From Nitrospirota bacterium (GTDB taxonomy: Bacteria > Nitrospirota > JACRHJ01): 64,000 nt of DNA. The stretch covers positions 32,001 to 96,000 of the forward strand of contig CAWJRJ010000012.1 of assembly GCA_963845245.1 (NCBI GenBank), read 5' to 3'. The notes under the pieces were generated by a model. It was given only the letters and a program-made list of their open reading frames with translations. It was not told the origin of the DNA and did not search any database. The position numbers were made by a program, and so were the translations under genes. Each line of letters opens with the position of its first letter. Position 1 is the first letter of the stretch. This document shows positions 41,474 through 50,910 of the stretch, one piece after another.

Positions 41474-42763
41474 TCAGGCGGTTTTCTTTGCATTGTCCAG
41501 GAGGAACTGGAGGACCTTGTCCTCGCCGACAATACCCCTGAGGCCCTCAAGGCTCCCGTCCTTCTTCTCGTACATCTCCTTAATCTTCTCCGGCGGGTAC
41601 CCGACCTCGGCAGAAAGCCTCCTGACGCCGGCCTCCATCTCGGAGTCCGTGACCTTTATGTCCTCTTTATCGGCGATTGCCGCCATTATAATGGTGGATT
41701 TCACCCTCTCTTCCGCAATCGGCCTCATCTCGGCCTCGAAGGCCTTCATGTCAAAGCCTGCCTGTGACGGAGTCTGGCCGGACTGCATTATCTCCTGCTG
41801 GCGGCGCATGACAAGCGCGCGGACCTCTTTTTCGACCATATTGGCCGGGAGTTCAAACTCGTTGCGCTTTACAAGCTCCTTTAATATCATGTCCTTCTGG
41901 CGGGCGATAAAGGCCCTTTCCTTGTAGCCCAGGATGTCTCTTTTTATCCTTTCCTCAAGCTCAGCCGCTGTCTGGCCCAGTCCCGAGTCCTTCGCGAGGT
42001 CGTCGTCGAGCGCGGGTTTTACCTTCTTTTTCAGCTCCTTGAGGGCTATCTTGAACATGGCGTCCTTGCCGGCCAGCTCCGTATTCTTATAGTTGTCCGG
42101 GAATTTTACGTTTATGTCTTTCTGCTCGCCCTTCTTAAGGCCGACAAGCTGTTCCTCGAAACCGGGGATGAACGAGTTGGAACCGAGCTGTAACGGGTAG
42201 TTTTCCGCCTTCCCGCCGGGAAGTGCGGCACCGTCCACGAAGCCCTCGAAATCTATGACAACGTAGTCGTCGTTAGACGAGGGGCGGTCCTCTTCCACGG
42301 TCTCAAGGATCGCATGGACGTCCCTGATCTCATCGATGGCCTCGGCAAGCTCCTCCGGGGTCACTTCGACCTTCTCTTCCTTTATCTCAACGCCCTTGTA
42401 CTCGGCAAGCTCGAATTTCGGCCTGACTTCCATAACGGCAGTAAAAACAAGGGGCTGGCCCTTCTTGAGGGCAAGGTCTTTTTCCTCGAAGGTCGGCTCC
42501 TCGACGGGTATGATCCCGGACTGCCTGACCGCCTCGAAATAGGCCCTGGGGATCAGCCGCTCGATTACCTCGGCATCGACGCTCTTGGAGTACTTCTTCT
42601 CGAGGAAGCTCCTCGGGGCCTTGCCAGGGCGGAAGCCGTCGATCTTCACATCCCTGTTCAGCTCTATGTAGGCCTTATCGAGCGCGGTTGTTATATCCTC
42701 AACGGGTATTTCGACCTTTAATTTTCTTTTGGTGGCGCTTAACTCTTCCAGTTCAAATTTCAT
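41474..42763 (-). CDS. tig: Trigger factor
   Basis: GFRPGKAP, FIPGFEEQL; upstream of clpP. Confidence 0.97.
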   Translation of the reverse strand: MKFELEELSATKRKLKVEIPVEDITTALDKAYIELNRDVKIDGFRPGKAPRSFLEKKYSKSVDAEVIERLIPRAYFEAVRQSGIIPVEEPTFEEKDLALKKGQPLVFTAVMEVRPKFELAEYKGVEIKEEKVEVTPEELAEAIDEIRDVHAILETVEEDRPSSNDDYVVIDFEGFVDGAALPGGKAENYPLQLGSNSFIPGFEEQLVGLKKGEQKDINVKFPDNYKNTELAGKDAMFKIALKELKKKVKPALDDDLAKDSGLGQTAAELEERIKRDILGYKERAFIARQKDMILKELVKRNEFELPANMVEKEVRALVMRRQQEIMQSGQTPSQAGFDMKAFEAEMRPIAEERVKSTIIMAAIADKEDIKVTDSEMEAGVRRLSAEVGYPPEKIKEMYEKKDGSLEGLRGIVGEDKVLQFLLDNAKKTA

Positions 42764-42827
42764 CTTTCCGGATTCTCCTTAGTTTTGGACTATTTGGGGC
42801 ACATGCGGTCTGTATACCTTAGAAACT

Positions 42828-42910
<83 letters not shown>

Positions 42911-43001
42911 AATACGCAAAAGGATACAACTATCATATTTTACTGGTATTTGTCAATATTTTTGCTGATTATGGAAGAGATTCTGACGATTTCTGGATAT
43001 T

Positions 43002-43025
43002 AAAGAAGGGAGCCTTTCGGCTCCC
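43002..43025 (-). terminator. Intrinsic terminator
   Basis: gggagcc-tttc-ggctccc with an A-rich left flank. Confidence 0.7.
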
Positions 43026-43031
43026 GTTAGA

Positions 43032-44300
43032 TCAGCACCTGCCTCCTCTGCAACCGCCACCGCCGTGGCCGCCTCCATGTCCGCCACCGCTACCGAAACC
43101 TCCGGTACCAAACGACCTGGACCCGCCGGATGGGCCGGGCGAGAACGACCTGGGCGACGAGAAGCCCCTATTGCCAGAGCCAGTCGACAAAGAACGGCTG
43201 GCAGGAGCGACGGACCTGGACCAGCCTGTCGCTGGACGACCCGTATCGAACGACCTGTTTCTGACCGATGGCGCAGTGTCGAATGAACGGTTCGTATTTA
43301 ACGACCTGCCTTTGAACGAAGGCGCTTTGTCGAAAGAACGAGCACCAAAGTTGGAGCCGTTGCCAAAATGGTCTCTGCCCATCCTGCCGGACGTGGTAAG
43401 GGAATTACCCCTCTCACGAGTTACTGTGTTTCTCAGGATGTTCTCGGCGCCCCTCCTGGTATCGGGATTGGTGGTAAACCGCGTTGTGTTGGACGACCTG
43501 TTGTGGCGGGTGATATCGGACCCCGTCCTCGTATTCCTTGTGACAGGGTCGATAGTTGCTACCTTGTTCGTGTTCTTGTCCACTACACGGTTTGAAATCA
43601 GCTTGTCATGGTCACCGTAATGGTGGTCACCGTCGTGATGGTGACGGTGGTGGTGTCCGCCATGATGATCATAGTCGATTATGGTGAAGTCATTAAGTAC
43701 GTAATAACCCGGGAACCAGTAGCCGCCCCACCAGAACGGGTATGGGTCCCAAGCGTACAGATATGCGTAATCAGGCGGTGGCGCGTAGTATGTAATCACA
43801 GGCGGCCCCTCGTCATAGTAGTAGTTGACTATGGCATCCTGATCTTGCTGGTATTCCTCCGGGGTGCCGTATTCCTCACCCGTCACGTATCCCTTCGCCC
43901 TGCCGGGTGCACCCGTGTCGGCGGCTATCGGAAGCTCGAACTCCTTAACGAGTGCCGCAAACCTCTCGTCGGCAGTTTTCTTGTCGAGCTTGACCTTTAC
44001 TCCGTCTGCCGCATCCATGACGGAGGACCTGACTTCCGCAAGCACGTCAGGAGTAACGGGGAAGTCTGATATCCAGCCGTTTTTCGGAGAGATCCCTGCG
44101 GTAGCCAATGCCCTTTCGGCGTCGGCTTCATTGTCCGTCTTTACAAGGCTTAGCGTATCGGCGAGCCTGACGGCGAAATCTCCTTCTCTTACGAGGTTTT
44201 GCTCAATCGGAGGAGTGTTGTAGGCGCCTTTTTCAACTGCAAGGGCGGATAATGGTACAAATAGCAGCAGTCCTAAAATGAACAGCACAAGTGTTTTCAT
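43032..44300 (-). CDS. Exported protein with Tyr/Trp/Pro-rich, His-rich and Arg/Ser/Gly low-complexity C-terminal regions
   Basis: Signal peptide, PPVITYYAPPPDYAYLYAWDPYPFWW, HHGGHHHRHHHDGDHH, repeated RSF, terminal GGCRGGRC. Confidence 0.8.
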   Translation of the reverse strand: MKTLVLFILGLLLFVPLSALAVEKGAYNTPPIEQNLVREGDFAVRLADTLSLVKTDNEADAERALATAGISPKNGWISDFPVTPDVLAEVRSSVMDAADGVKVKLDKKTADERFAALVKEFELPIAADTGAPGRAKGYVTGEEYGTPEEYQQDQDAIVNYYYDEGPPVITYYAPPPDYAYLYAWDPYPFWWGGYWFPGYYVLNDFTIIDYDHHGGHHHRHHHDGDHHYGDHDKLISNRVVDKNTNKVATIDPVTRNTRTGSDITRHNRSSNTTRFTTNPDTRRGAENILRNTVTRERGNSLTTSGRMGRDHFGNGSNFGARSFDKAPSFKGRSLNTNRSFDTAPSVRNRSFDTGRPATGWSRSVAPASRSLSTGSGNRGFSSPRSFSPGPSGGSRSFGTGGFGSGGGHGGGHGGGGCRGGRC

Positions 44301-44382
44301 AGCACACCTTGCCCTTCGCCTCCTTTACTATATGTATATAATAAAGTATAGCTCTTTCCGACTCTTTATGCAAAGTACCGGG

Positions 44383-46422
44383 CTAATTCCTGCGGAGAAG
44401 GTCAAGGGCATCTCTCAAGGCGGCAGACTCCTCCTCGCCGACCCTGTATCCCCCAAACCGGACCTTGTTATACAGCTCTGTTATGTACAGCACACCTTTG
44501 TATGCCTCTTCTTTTTCGTCCGTGTATTTGAGTGCGAACTCGGCAGGTGTAGCCGAGGGAGGGCGTTTAATGCCCTTCCGGGCAAGTATCTTGTTCATTT
44601 CATTATAGAACCATATGTCAGCGGCGCGCCTTTGTTTTCCATGTTTCCTCTTTAGATAGAAAATGGCGACAGATATGGATAATATGACCAACAACAGCAC
44701 AATGGCGGTTACCGGTAGACGGGGCAGGGCACGCCCTTTCGTGCCGGCCAGCCACGTTAGAGCCTCCAGGGCATCGTCCCGTGTCCTGGTCAATCGGTTT
44801 GACACCTCCCTTGCCATTCCCGCTTGGTCGCGCAGGTTGTAGAAGACTATGTATCGGTCCCATTTGTATTTTAGGAGGTCGGCGAACTTGGATAAAGCCG
44901 TTATTGGTGTTGCTAAGGTGGAGCGCGCTGCAGGTGTGGGGTCGAACGTTACCCAGCCATATTCGAGGAAATATACCTCCACCCATGTGTGGGCGTCACG
45001 CTCCCTTACGATATAATATTGTCCCATTTCGTTATAGTCTCCGCCCATGAACCCGGATACCAGCCTGGACGGGACTCCTGCCGCCCTCAGGAGCAGCGTC
45101 ATGGAGGTGGCGAAATGCTCGCAGTAACCGGACTTTGAATGGAAGAGGAAGTCGTCTACCGGCGAGAACCTCTTATCCCTGGGAGGGTCAAGCGAGTAGG
45201 TGTAGTTCTTCTTGAGGTAATCCATTATCATGCGGGCTTTCCGGTACCTGTTTTCCTCTCCGGCTGTGATACTATTTGCGAGTGAGACTATCCCCTCTGA
45301 ACCATCCGGGAGCTGCAGGTATCTGTCGGCGTCCTGAGGCATAATCGGAGGCTGGCGTTCAAGGTCGTGCGCCGGAGGATCGACTGGCGCCGATGAGACT
45401 GTGTAGTCGATGCGCCCTGCGGGCGGAGTGAGCAGGAATATGTCCCTGAATTGGTCGAATATCAGGTTTCTAGTGGCAATGTTGATTTCGAAGGCCGGGT
45501 CTATGACAAAAAGCGTGGCCGACTCCGTAGGTTCCAGTGATATCCTCTGGACAAGCGGCTCCTTTGGAGGTATACGGCCAATGCCGAGGTGAAACGGGCC
45601 GTATCCCCTTTCAAGCATTACACGTTTTTTGATGCTGTCTTCCCAGGAGGTCCCGTTATAGCGGTCGTAGGCGCGGCCTCGCCAGTAAAGCTCCAGAGGT
45701 GGCTTGGCCCCTGAAAACTCCACTCGCATCACTGCGGTAGGGTCAAGCAGTATCTCACCCATCGAACCGAGCTCCACCCTGTCCGAGAAACCCGCGGACT
45801 TGAGCAGCCCTCCCGTGTGTCTGCTGAAATAGCCGATTCCCACCCTGGGGATGGTGAGGAATATGGCGAGCGTAAAAACTGTCGATGCGAGGGTGAGAAG
45901 CGCCGTGGCGATGAAAAAAAGCCTGCCCGCCTTCCATCCGGCCGCCGTCTTGCCGGCCCTCTCGGCCTCTGACTTGACGGTGAGCAACATGAGCGACCAT
46001 GTGAGCGAGATGAAGAAGGCCATGAAGCCCCACAGGAACCCGATATCGGTGGAAAGGCCGGTCGATGCGAGCAGTATGAAGAAACTAACGCCGTACAACT
46101 GGATGTAGTCGCGGTCCCTTACCAGAGACAGCGATTTCAGGCATAGCAGGATTACCAGGAAATGTGCGCCCGCAAGGATGAGCGAACCGCTGATATAGAA
46201 AAAATCAAAAATGGATAATACTGCTGCGGCGATTGTGGCGACGGTGACCGTGCGTCCCTTTAAAAACAGCGGTCTTGATGAAGACAACGCGGCCGAACCC
46301 GCGACGAGCGCTGCGGCAGGGACTACGAGCCAGTCTGCGGCCTCACGTGTGATAAACAGCGCAAAAAGCCCGGACAGGGCCACCAGAGCTGACGTTAGCT
46401 TAAGCGCTTTTTCTAATCTCAT
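44383..46422 (-). CDS. Membrane transglutaminase-like protein (TgpA/DUF3488 type)
   Basis: N-terminal TMs, LYWRG, catalytic GYCEHFA, AHTWVEVY, FDPTP. Confidence 0.92.
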   Translation of the reverse strand: MRLEKALKLTSALVALSGLFALFITREAADWLVVPAAALVAGSAALSSSRPLFLKGRTVTVATIAAAVLSIFDFFYISGSLILAGAHFLVILLCLKSLSLVRDRDYIQLYGVSFFILLASTGLSTDIGFLWGFMAFFISLTWSLMLLTVKSEAERAGKTAAGWKAGRLFFIATALLTLASTVFTLAIFLTIPRVGIGYFSRHTGGLLKSAGFSDRVELGSMGEILLDPTAVMRVEFSGAKPPLELYWRGRAYDRYNGTSWEDSIKKRVMLERGYGPFHLGIGRIPPKEPLVQRISLEPTESATLFVIDPAFEINIATRNLIFDQFRDIFLLTPPAGRIDYTVSSAPVDPPAHDLERQPPIMPQDADRYLQLPDGSEGIVSLANSITAGEENRYRKARMIMDYLKKNYTYSLDPPRDKRFSPVDDFLFHSKSGYCEHFATSMTLLLRAAGVPSRLVSGFMGGDYNEMGQYYIVRERDAHTWVEVYFLEYGWVTFDPTPAARSTLATPITALSKFADLLKYKWDRYIVFYNLRDQAGMAREVSNRLTRTRDDALEALTWLAGTKGRALPRLPVTAIVLLLVILSISVAIFYLKRKHGKQRRAADIWFYNEMNKILARKGIKRPPSATPAEFALKYTDEKEEAYKGVLYITELYNKVRFGGYRVGEEESAALRDALDLLRRN

Positions 46423-47477
46423 AAAGCTACACCCGGGAATATGCCGCCCTTTGCATCCACGGTAACAATCAAGCCCTCGCCGGGCACTATATCGCCAGCA
46501 TCGGGCCCGTATACCGGTCCTATAGTTGAGAGGACCTCCATAATGTACAGGAACTGACGGTGGCCCCTTGCCGCAGGTATCGACAGGCCGCGTGTCGCGA
46601 GGGCCACAGGCCGCTCCAGTTCATGGATGAAGCGGTATGCCAGAGATGCTGCCGTTTCTACAGCATCTTCGAAGCCCTCAGAGGAAGCCGTACCTACTCC
46701 TCCTGCCATGTTGTCGAAGGCGAGGCAGACTGCGTCTTTGCGTTCTGCCTCGAACTCCTTTGCCATCAGGACGGAGGTACGCGCCGAGCCCTTCCAGTGT
46801 ATAATCCTGGCCTCGTCGGTAGGCTGGTACTCCCTGATGTTCCGTATCTCCGGGGAGAGGCCCCGCTTATGCAGGCTGTAGTCGCCCCTGTCGGGGGCAG
46901 CATGATCCGGTAACTCGTAACCGGTTGGAAGGATTTGCGGAAAGACCACCCTGGTCTCCTTGAGCGGCAGGTATATCGTCTTCCTGAACAGTCCGAACGG
47001 GAAGGCCGTGGACACCGCGACCCCGTCGACGGACCAGGGCCCGCGCGCCTCTACCGTCTCTTCCACGTTGCAAGCGGCAGTGCTACCCGGCGACAGCCTC
47101 GTCACAAATGTCGCGCCTGAGCCTATTTTCTTGTGGGGGTAATAGAGCGATACGGAAAGGGCGAACGAGGGTATCCGCTTCTTCCGGGTGGAAATCGTGA
47201 TACGCGCTTTGAAGGGTGTCTTCGCGTAAATCTCGTCGGGAAGCTTCCTTGCGGCCTTAAGGCCTTTCAGGCACTGCTCCGATATTATGCCCGAAACGGT
47301 GACCATCGAAAGCATCATCGATACTACGAGGTAGAGTAGGTTGCTGCCGCTGTTTATCGCTGCGACTCCGAGCGAGAACGCAACTGCCAGGAACCAGCCG
47401 CCAAGGGGGGTGAACGTCAGGCCCCGGTTTGCGACCGTCAGCCTGAAACGCCTTTTTTGTTTGCCAGGATTCTTCAT
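46419..47477 (-). CDS. DUF58 domain protein
   Basis: AAINSGSNLLYL, FPFGLF, IREYQPTDEARIIHWKGSAR. Confidence 0.9.
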   Translation of the reverse strand: MKNPGKQKRRFRLTVANRGLTFTPLGGWFLAVAFSLGVAAINSGSNLLYLVVSMMLSMVTVSGIISEQCLKGLKAARKLPDEIYAKTPFKARITISTRKKRIPSFALSVSLYYPHKKIGSGATFVTRLSPGSTAACNVEETVEARGPWSVDGVAVSTAFPFGLFRKTIYLPLKETRVVFPQILPTGYELPDHAAPDRGDYSLHKRGLSPEIRNIREYQPTDEARIIHWKGSARTSVLMAKEFEAERKDAVCLAFDNMAGGVGTASSEGFEDAVETAASLAYRFIHELERPVALATRGLSIPAARGHRQFLYIMEVLSTIGPVYGPDAGDIVPGEGLIVTVDAKGGIFPGVAL

Positions 47478-47563
47478 CTTTACGGTATGATACCATAAGA
47501 CCATACTTTCATATGAGCAAAAATTCTTTGACTGTGGCAGGTTTTATGGGCTACACTATCCGG

Positions 47564-48502
47564 ATGAAAACCAACGAGATGATAAAGGCGCTTGTCGACA
47601 ACGTCGGCATAGCGATAAAAGGCAAACCCGATGCGGTGAAGCTCGCCGTCGTGACGCTCATCGGTCGGGGCCACTTGCTGATCGAGGACGTGCCCGGGAT
47701 TGGCAAGACGACGCTGGCTTTTTCCCTCGCGCGCTCCATCAACTGTTCCTTTAACAGGGTGCAGTTCACCTCCGACCTCATGCCATCCGACATCATAGGT
47801 GTTACCATCTACAACCAGACCCGCCAGGAGTTTGAGTTCAAGCCTGGGCCCATATTCGCCAACATCATCCTCGCGGACGAGATAAACCGCACCACCCCGA
47901 AGACCCAGAGTGCATTGCTTGAGGCTATGAACGAGGGGCAGGTGACGGTGGAGAGCGCCACACACCTGCTGCCGGACCCGTTTATGGTGGTCGCAACGCA
48001 GAACCCGTTGGAGTTTCACGGGACCTACCCGCTGCCCGAATCGCAGATGGACCGCTTCATGATGCGCATCCAGCTGGGTTACCCGGAGATATCCGACGAG
48101 AAGGAGATATTGAAGGCTTACGCGGGCGGTACTGTGAAGGACGTGGTTGGGCCGGTGCTTAATGCCGGTGACGTGACATTCCTTCAGAACGAGGCGTTAA
48201 AGGTGCGGATGGACGACAGCCTGCTGGACTATATTATCGCGATAGTGGACGCGACCCGCAACAAAGACAGCCTCGCGCTCGGTTCAAGCCCCAGGGGCAC
48301 GTTGTTCCTCCAGAGGGCGGCTCGCGCCCATGCGCTGGTCTCGGGCAGGGACTACTGCATCCCGGACGACATCAAGGGGCTGGCGGTGCATGTGCTTTCC
48401 CACCGTGTGATACTGAACGCACGCGGCGGGTTCGGCCGCAGGCAGGGCGACGCAGAAGAGGTCATCCGCGATATCCTTGAGTCGGTGGAAGTGCCGGTCT
48501 AG
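47564..48502 (+). CDS. moxR: MoxR family AAA+ ATPase
   Basis: GHLLIEDVPGIGKT, QFTSDLMPSD, ADEINR, ATQNP, LPESQMDRF. Confidence 0.94.
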   Translation: MKTNEMIKALVDNVGIAIKGKPDAVKLAVVTLIGRGHLLIEDVPGIGKTTLAFSLARSINCSFNRVQFTSDLMPSDIIGVTIYNQTRQEFEFKPGPIFANIILADEINRTTPKTQSALLEAMNEGQVTVESATHLLPDPFMVVATQNPLEFHGTYPLPESQMDRFMMRIQLGYPEISDEKEILKAYAGGTVKDVVGPVLNAGDVTFLQNEALKVRMDDSLLDYIIAIVDATRNKDSLALGSSPRGTLFLQRAARAHALVSGRDYCIPDDIKGLAVHVLSHRVILNARGGFGRRQGDAEEVIRDILESVEVPV

Positions 48503-48533
48503 ATACTTTTTTCCATCCGAAAAACAGATAATC

Positions 48534-49820
48534 ATGGGACACGATCACATCTACCGCAAGCTAGGCGACAAGATGGACAGCCTCGTTGTCAGGACGCCGT
48601 GGAACGAGACGTTCCATCAGATCCTGAAAGAACTCTACTCCGAAGAAGAGGCGGAGGTAATCGTAAAGATGCCCTATGGCCTTGCGGAGTTCGAGAAGGT
48701 CCAGAGGGCTACGGGGTATGAAAGTGTAAGGCTCCAGAACATCCTTGACCGGCTTTGCACGAAGGGACTGGTCACGGACCTCTTCTTGGACGGGCAGTAT
48801 CACTATGCGCCGTCGCCTTATATCATCGGAGTGTTCGAGTTCACGATGATGCGGACGGACGGCGGGGTGGACCATAAAAAGATATCCCGCCTCTTCGAGG
48901 ACTACACCTCCGGCACCTTCTTCGATGCAAATGCAAAGGACGATGTATCCCCGATGAGGGCGCTTCCTCATGAGGGCGCGTCGGGAGAACACATCGAAGT
49001 GCTGGACTACGCGAAGGCGACAGCAATAATTGAGGAGGCCGACAGGTTCTCAATAGGAATCTGCTCGTGCAGGCACAAGAAGCTGCACCTGGGGGAGAAG
49101 AAGTGCGACGTGCCGCTCGATACCTGTTCCTCGTTCGGGCTTGCGGCCGATTACCTCATCAGGCGTGGCCTCGCAAAAGAAGTATCAAAGACGCAGATGT
49201 TTGAGAATGTCGCCCGCTCGAAGGAGCTGGGGCTTGTGCTGAATGCCGACAACGTTCAAAGAAACGTTACCTTCATCTGCCACTGCTGCGCGGACTGCTG
49301 CGTGCCTTTGCAAGGGATCAGCAAGTACGGGTACACAAAGGTAGTGGTATCATCAGGCTTCATCCCGAAGATAGACGAGGATACTTGCGAGGGCTGCGGA
49401 AAATGCGTCAAGGCCTGCGCAATCAACGCGATCAAGATGCTGCCACTGGAGAGTCCGAAGGGAAAGCGGAAGAAGGGGCCGAAGGTGGACGAGGCCATAT
49501 GTCTGGGCTGCGGCGTGTGCGCGCTTAAGTGCAAGACCGGCGCGCTCCGTCTTATCAACAGCGAGAAGCGGGTGATACATCCCGAAACCACGTTCGAGCG
49601 GATAATCCTTCAATGCCTGGAGAAGGGCACGCTCCAGTATCAGCTCTTCGGCGATCCGGCAAGCATCTCGCACAAGTTCATGCGCGGGCTGGTGGGCGGG
49701 TTCCTCAGGATGCCGCCTGTAAAGAGGGCGCTCATGGGCGACACGTTGCGCTCGAAATTTTTAAGCTCGCTAAAGGCGGGCGTGGAAAGACAAGGCAAGG
49801 ACTGGGCGCTGAAGATATAA
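48534..49820 (+). CDS. 4Fe-4S dicluster domain-containing protein
   Basis: CSCR, CHCCADCC and two CxxCxxCxxxC ferredoxin motifs. Confidence 0.88.
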   Translation: MGHDHIYRKLGDKMDSLVVRTPWNETFHQILKELYSEEEAEVIVKMPYGLAEFEKVQRATGYESVRLQNILDRLCTKGLVTDLFLDGQYHYAPSPYIIGVFEFTMMRTDGGVDHKKISRLFEDYTSGTFFDANAKDDVSPMRALPHEGASGEHIEVLDYAKATAIIEEADRFSIGICSCRHKKLHLGEKKCDVPLDTCSSFGLAADYLIRRGLAKEVSKTQMFENVARSKELGLVLNADNVQRNVTFICHCCADCCVPLQGISKYGYTKVVVSSGFIPKIDEDTCEGCGKCVKACAINAIKMLPLESPKGKRKKGPKVDEAICLGCGVCALKCKTGALRLINSEKRVIHPETTFERIILQCLEKGTLQYQLFGDPASISHKFMRGLVGGFLRMPPVKRALMGDTLRSKFLSSLKAGVERQGKDWALKI

Positions 49821-49899
49821 AGATCAGACCAGTTTCATCACCTTCTCCGCCACCGCGCAGGCATCACCGCAATATAATTGAACCGGTGAAAACTACGAT

Positions 49900-50895
49900 A
49901 TGAAAAAGCAGCTTGCGCAGAGAATATTACTATCCATTGCAGTCGGGATTTCAGCGGGTTTTTTATCCACAGTCTTCCCGGGGACAGTACCATATAAGGG
50001 TGTTCAGGTTGGCGACTTGGGCACTTCCATATTAGGCCTGGAACATTTCTTTTCTTCCCACTCCGCATATATTGAACCTATAACCTATGCCGGCTTGCCG
50101 GCAGTAATGTACCCTTTTACCACAATGCTTTTCGTTGGCCCGTTCATGGTTTTGCCTTTGAAGTGGATAGGGCCGATATTCTGTGGGCTGACCTCTTTCG
50201 TTTTTGCCTACGCACTGTTGTATGATTGGAAACCATGGAGACTTCTGGTGCTCGCTTCCGTGCCATACCTGTCCTCTTTGCAATCAATCCAGTTCGCTCC
50301 CCTTTTAACCGCAGCCTATTACTTGCCGTTTCTTTTGCCTCTAGTGGTAATAAAACCTCAACTGGGATTGCCGCTGCTAACAACAGGCAATTGGTCAAGG
50401 AAAACACTATTGACAGCAGCAGTAATAGTCTTGATAAGCCTTATAGTCTATCCTGCCTGGCCGTTCGAATGGTTTGCCTATGGAAATCTGTCTTCTTATG
50501 AGGGGCGGTCGCCTCTTACTCAGGGTTTGGGCTTTTTGCTTTTATTGTCCGCAATTAAATGGCGGGATAAACGGGCCAGGCTGCTGTTGACCATGGCCAT
50601 AATCCCACAGCGTTTATGGTATGACCAGCTTATGATATTCGCGATTCCCATGACACGGATACAGCTTTTAATTCTACTGATAGGGTCGTGGCTCAGCCCG
50701 TTATTAAGCCTTGACCATTCGTGGCTTCTCGATTCAGGCAGGCAAGACCCTAAATCGTGGTGGGCGGTGGTTTCCTTAGTTTACCTGCCTGCTCTCTGTA
50801 TGGTTTTTGAGGAAGAAATAAAAATTGGAATAATCTGGATTAAAGGCTTGATTTTGAATAACGCCGTTTTCCGCAAGTCATGGCAATTTAAATAG
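49900..50895 (+). CDS. Polytopic membrane protein of unknown function (possibly GT-C/GT87-like)
   Basis: Many hydrophobic segments, YP and KPQLG motifs, lower GC than the flanks. Confidence 0.6.
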   Translation: MKKQLAQRILLSIAVGISAGFLSTVFPGTVPYKGVQVGDLGTSILGLEHFFSSHSAYIEPITYAGLPAVMYPFTTMLFVGPFMVLPLKWIGPIFCGLTSFVFAYALLYDWKPWRLLVLASVPYLSSLQSIQFAPLLTAAYYLPFLLPLVVIKPQLGLPLLTTGNWSRKTLLTAAVIVLISLIVYPAWPFEWFAYGNLSSYEGRSPLTQGLGFLLLLSAIKWRDKRARLLLTMAIIPQRLWYDQLMIFAIPMTRIQLLILLIGSWLSPLLSLDHSWLLDSGRQDPKSWWAVVSLVYLPALCMVFEEEIKIGIIWIKGLILNNAVFRKSWQFK

Positions 50896-50910
50896 GTTTC
50901 GGCGGTACTG

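Noticed and set aside
49963..49971. Perfect DnaA box TTATCCACA
   Set aside because: A single copy inside a coding region, plausible by chance in 64 kb.
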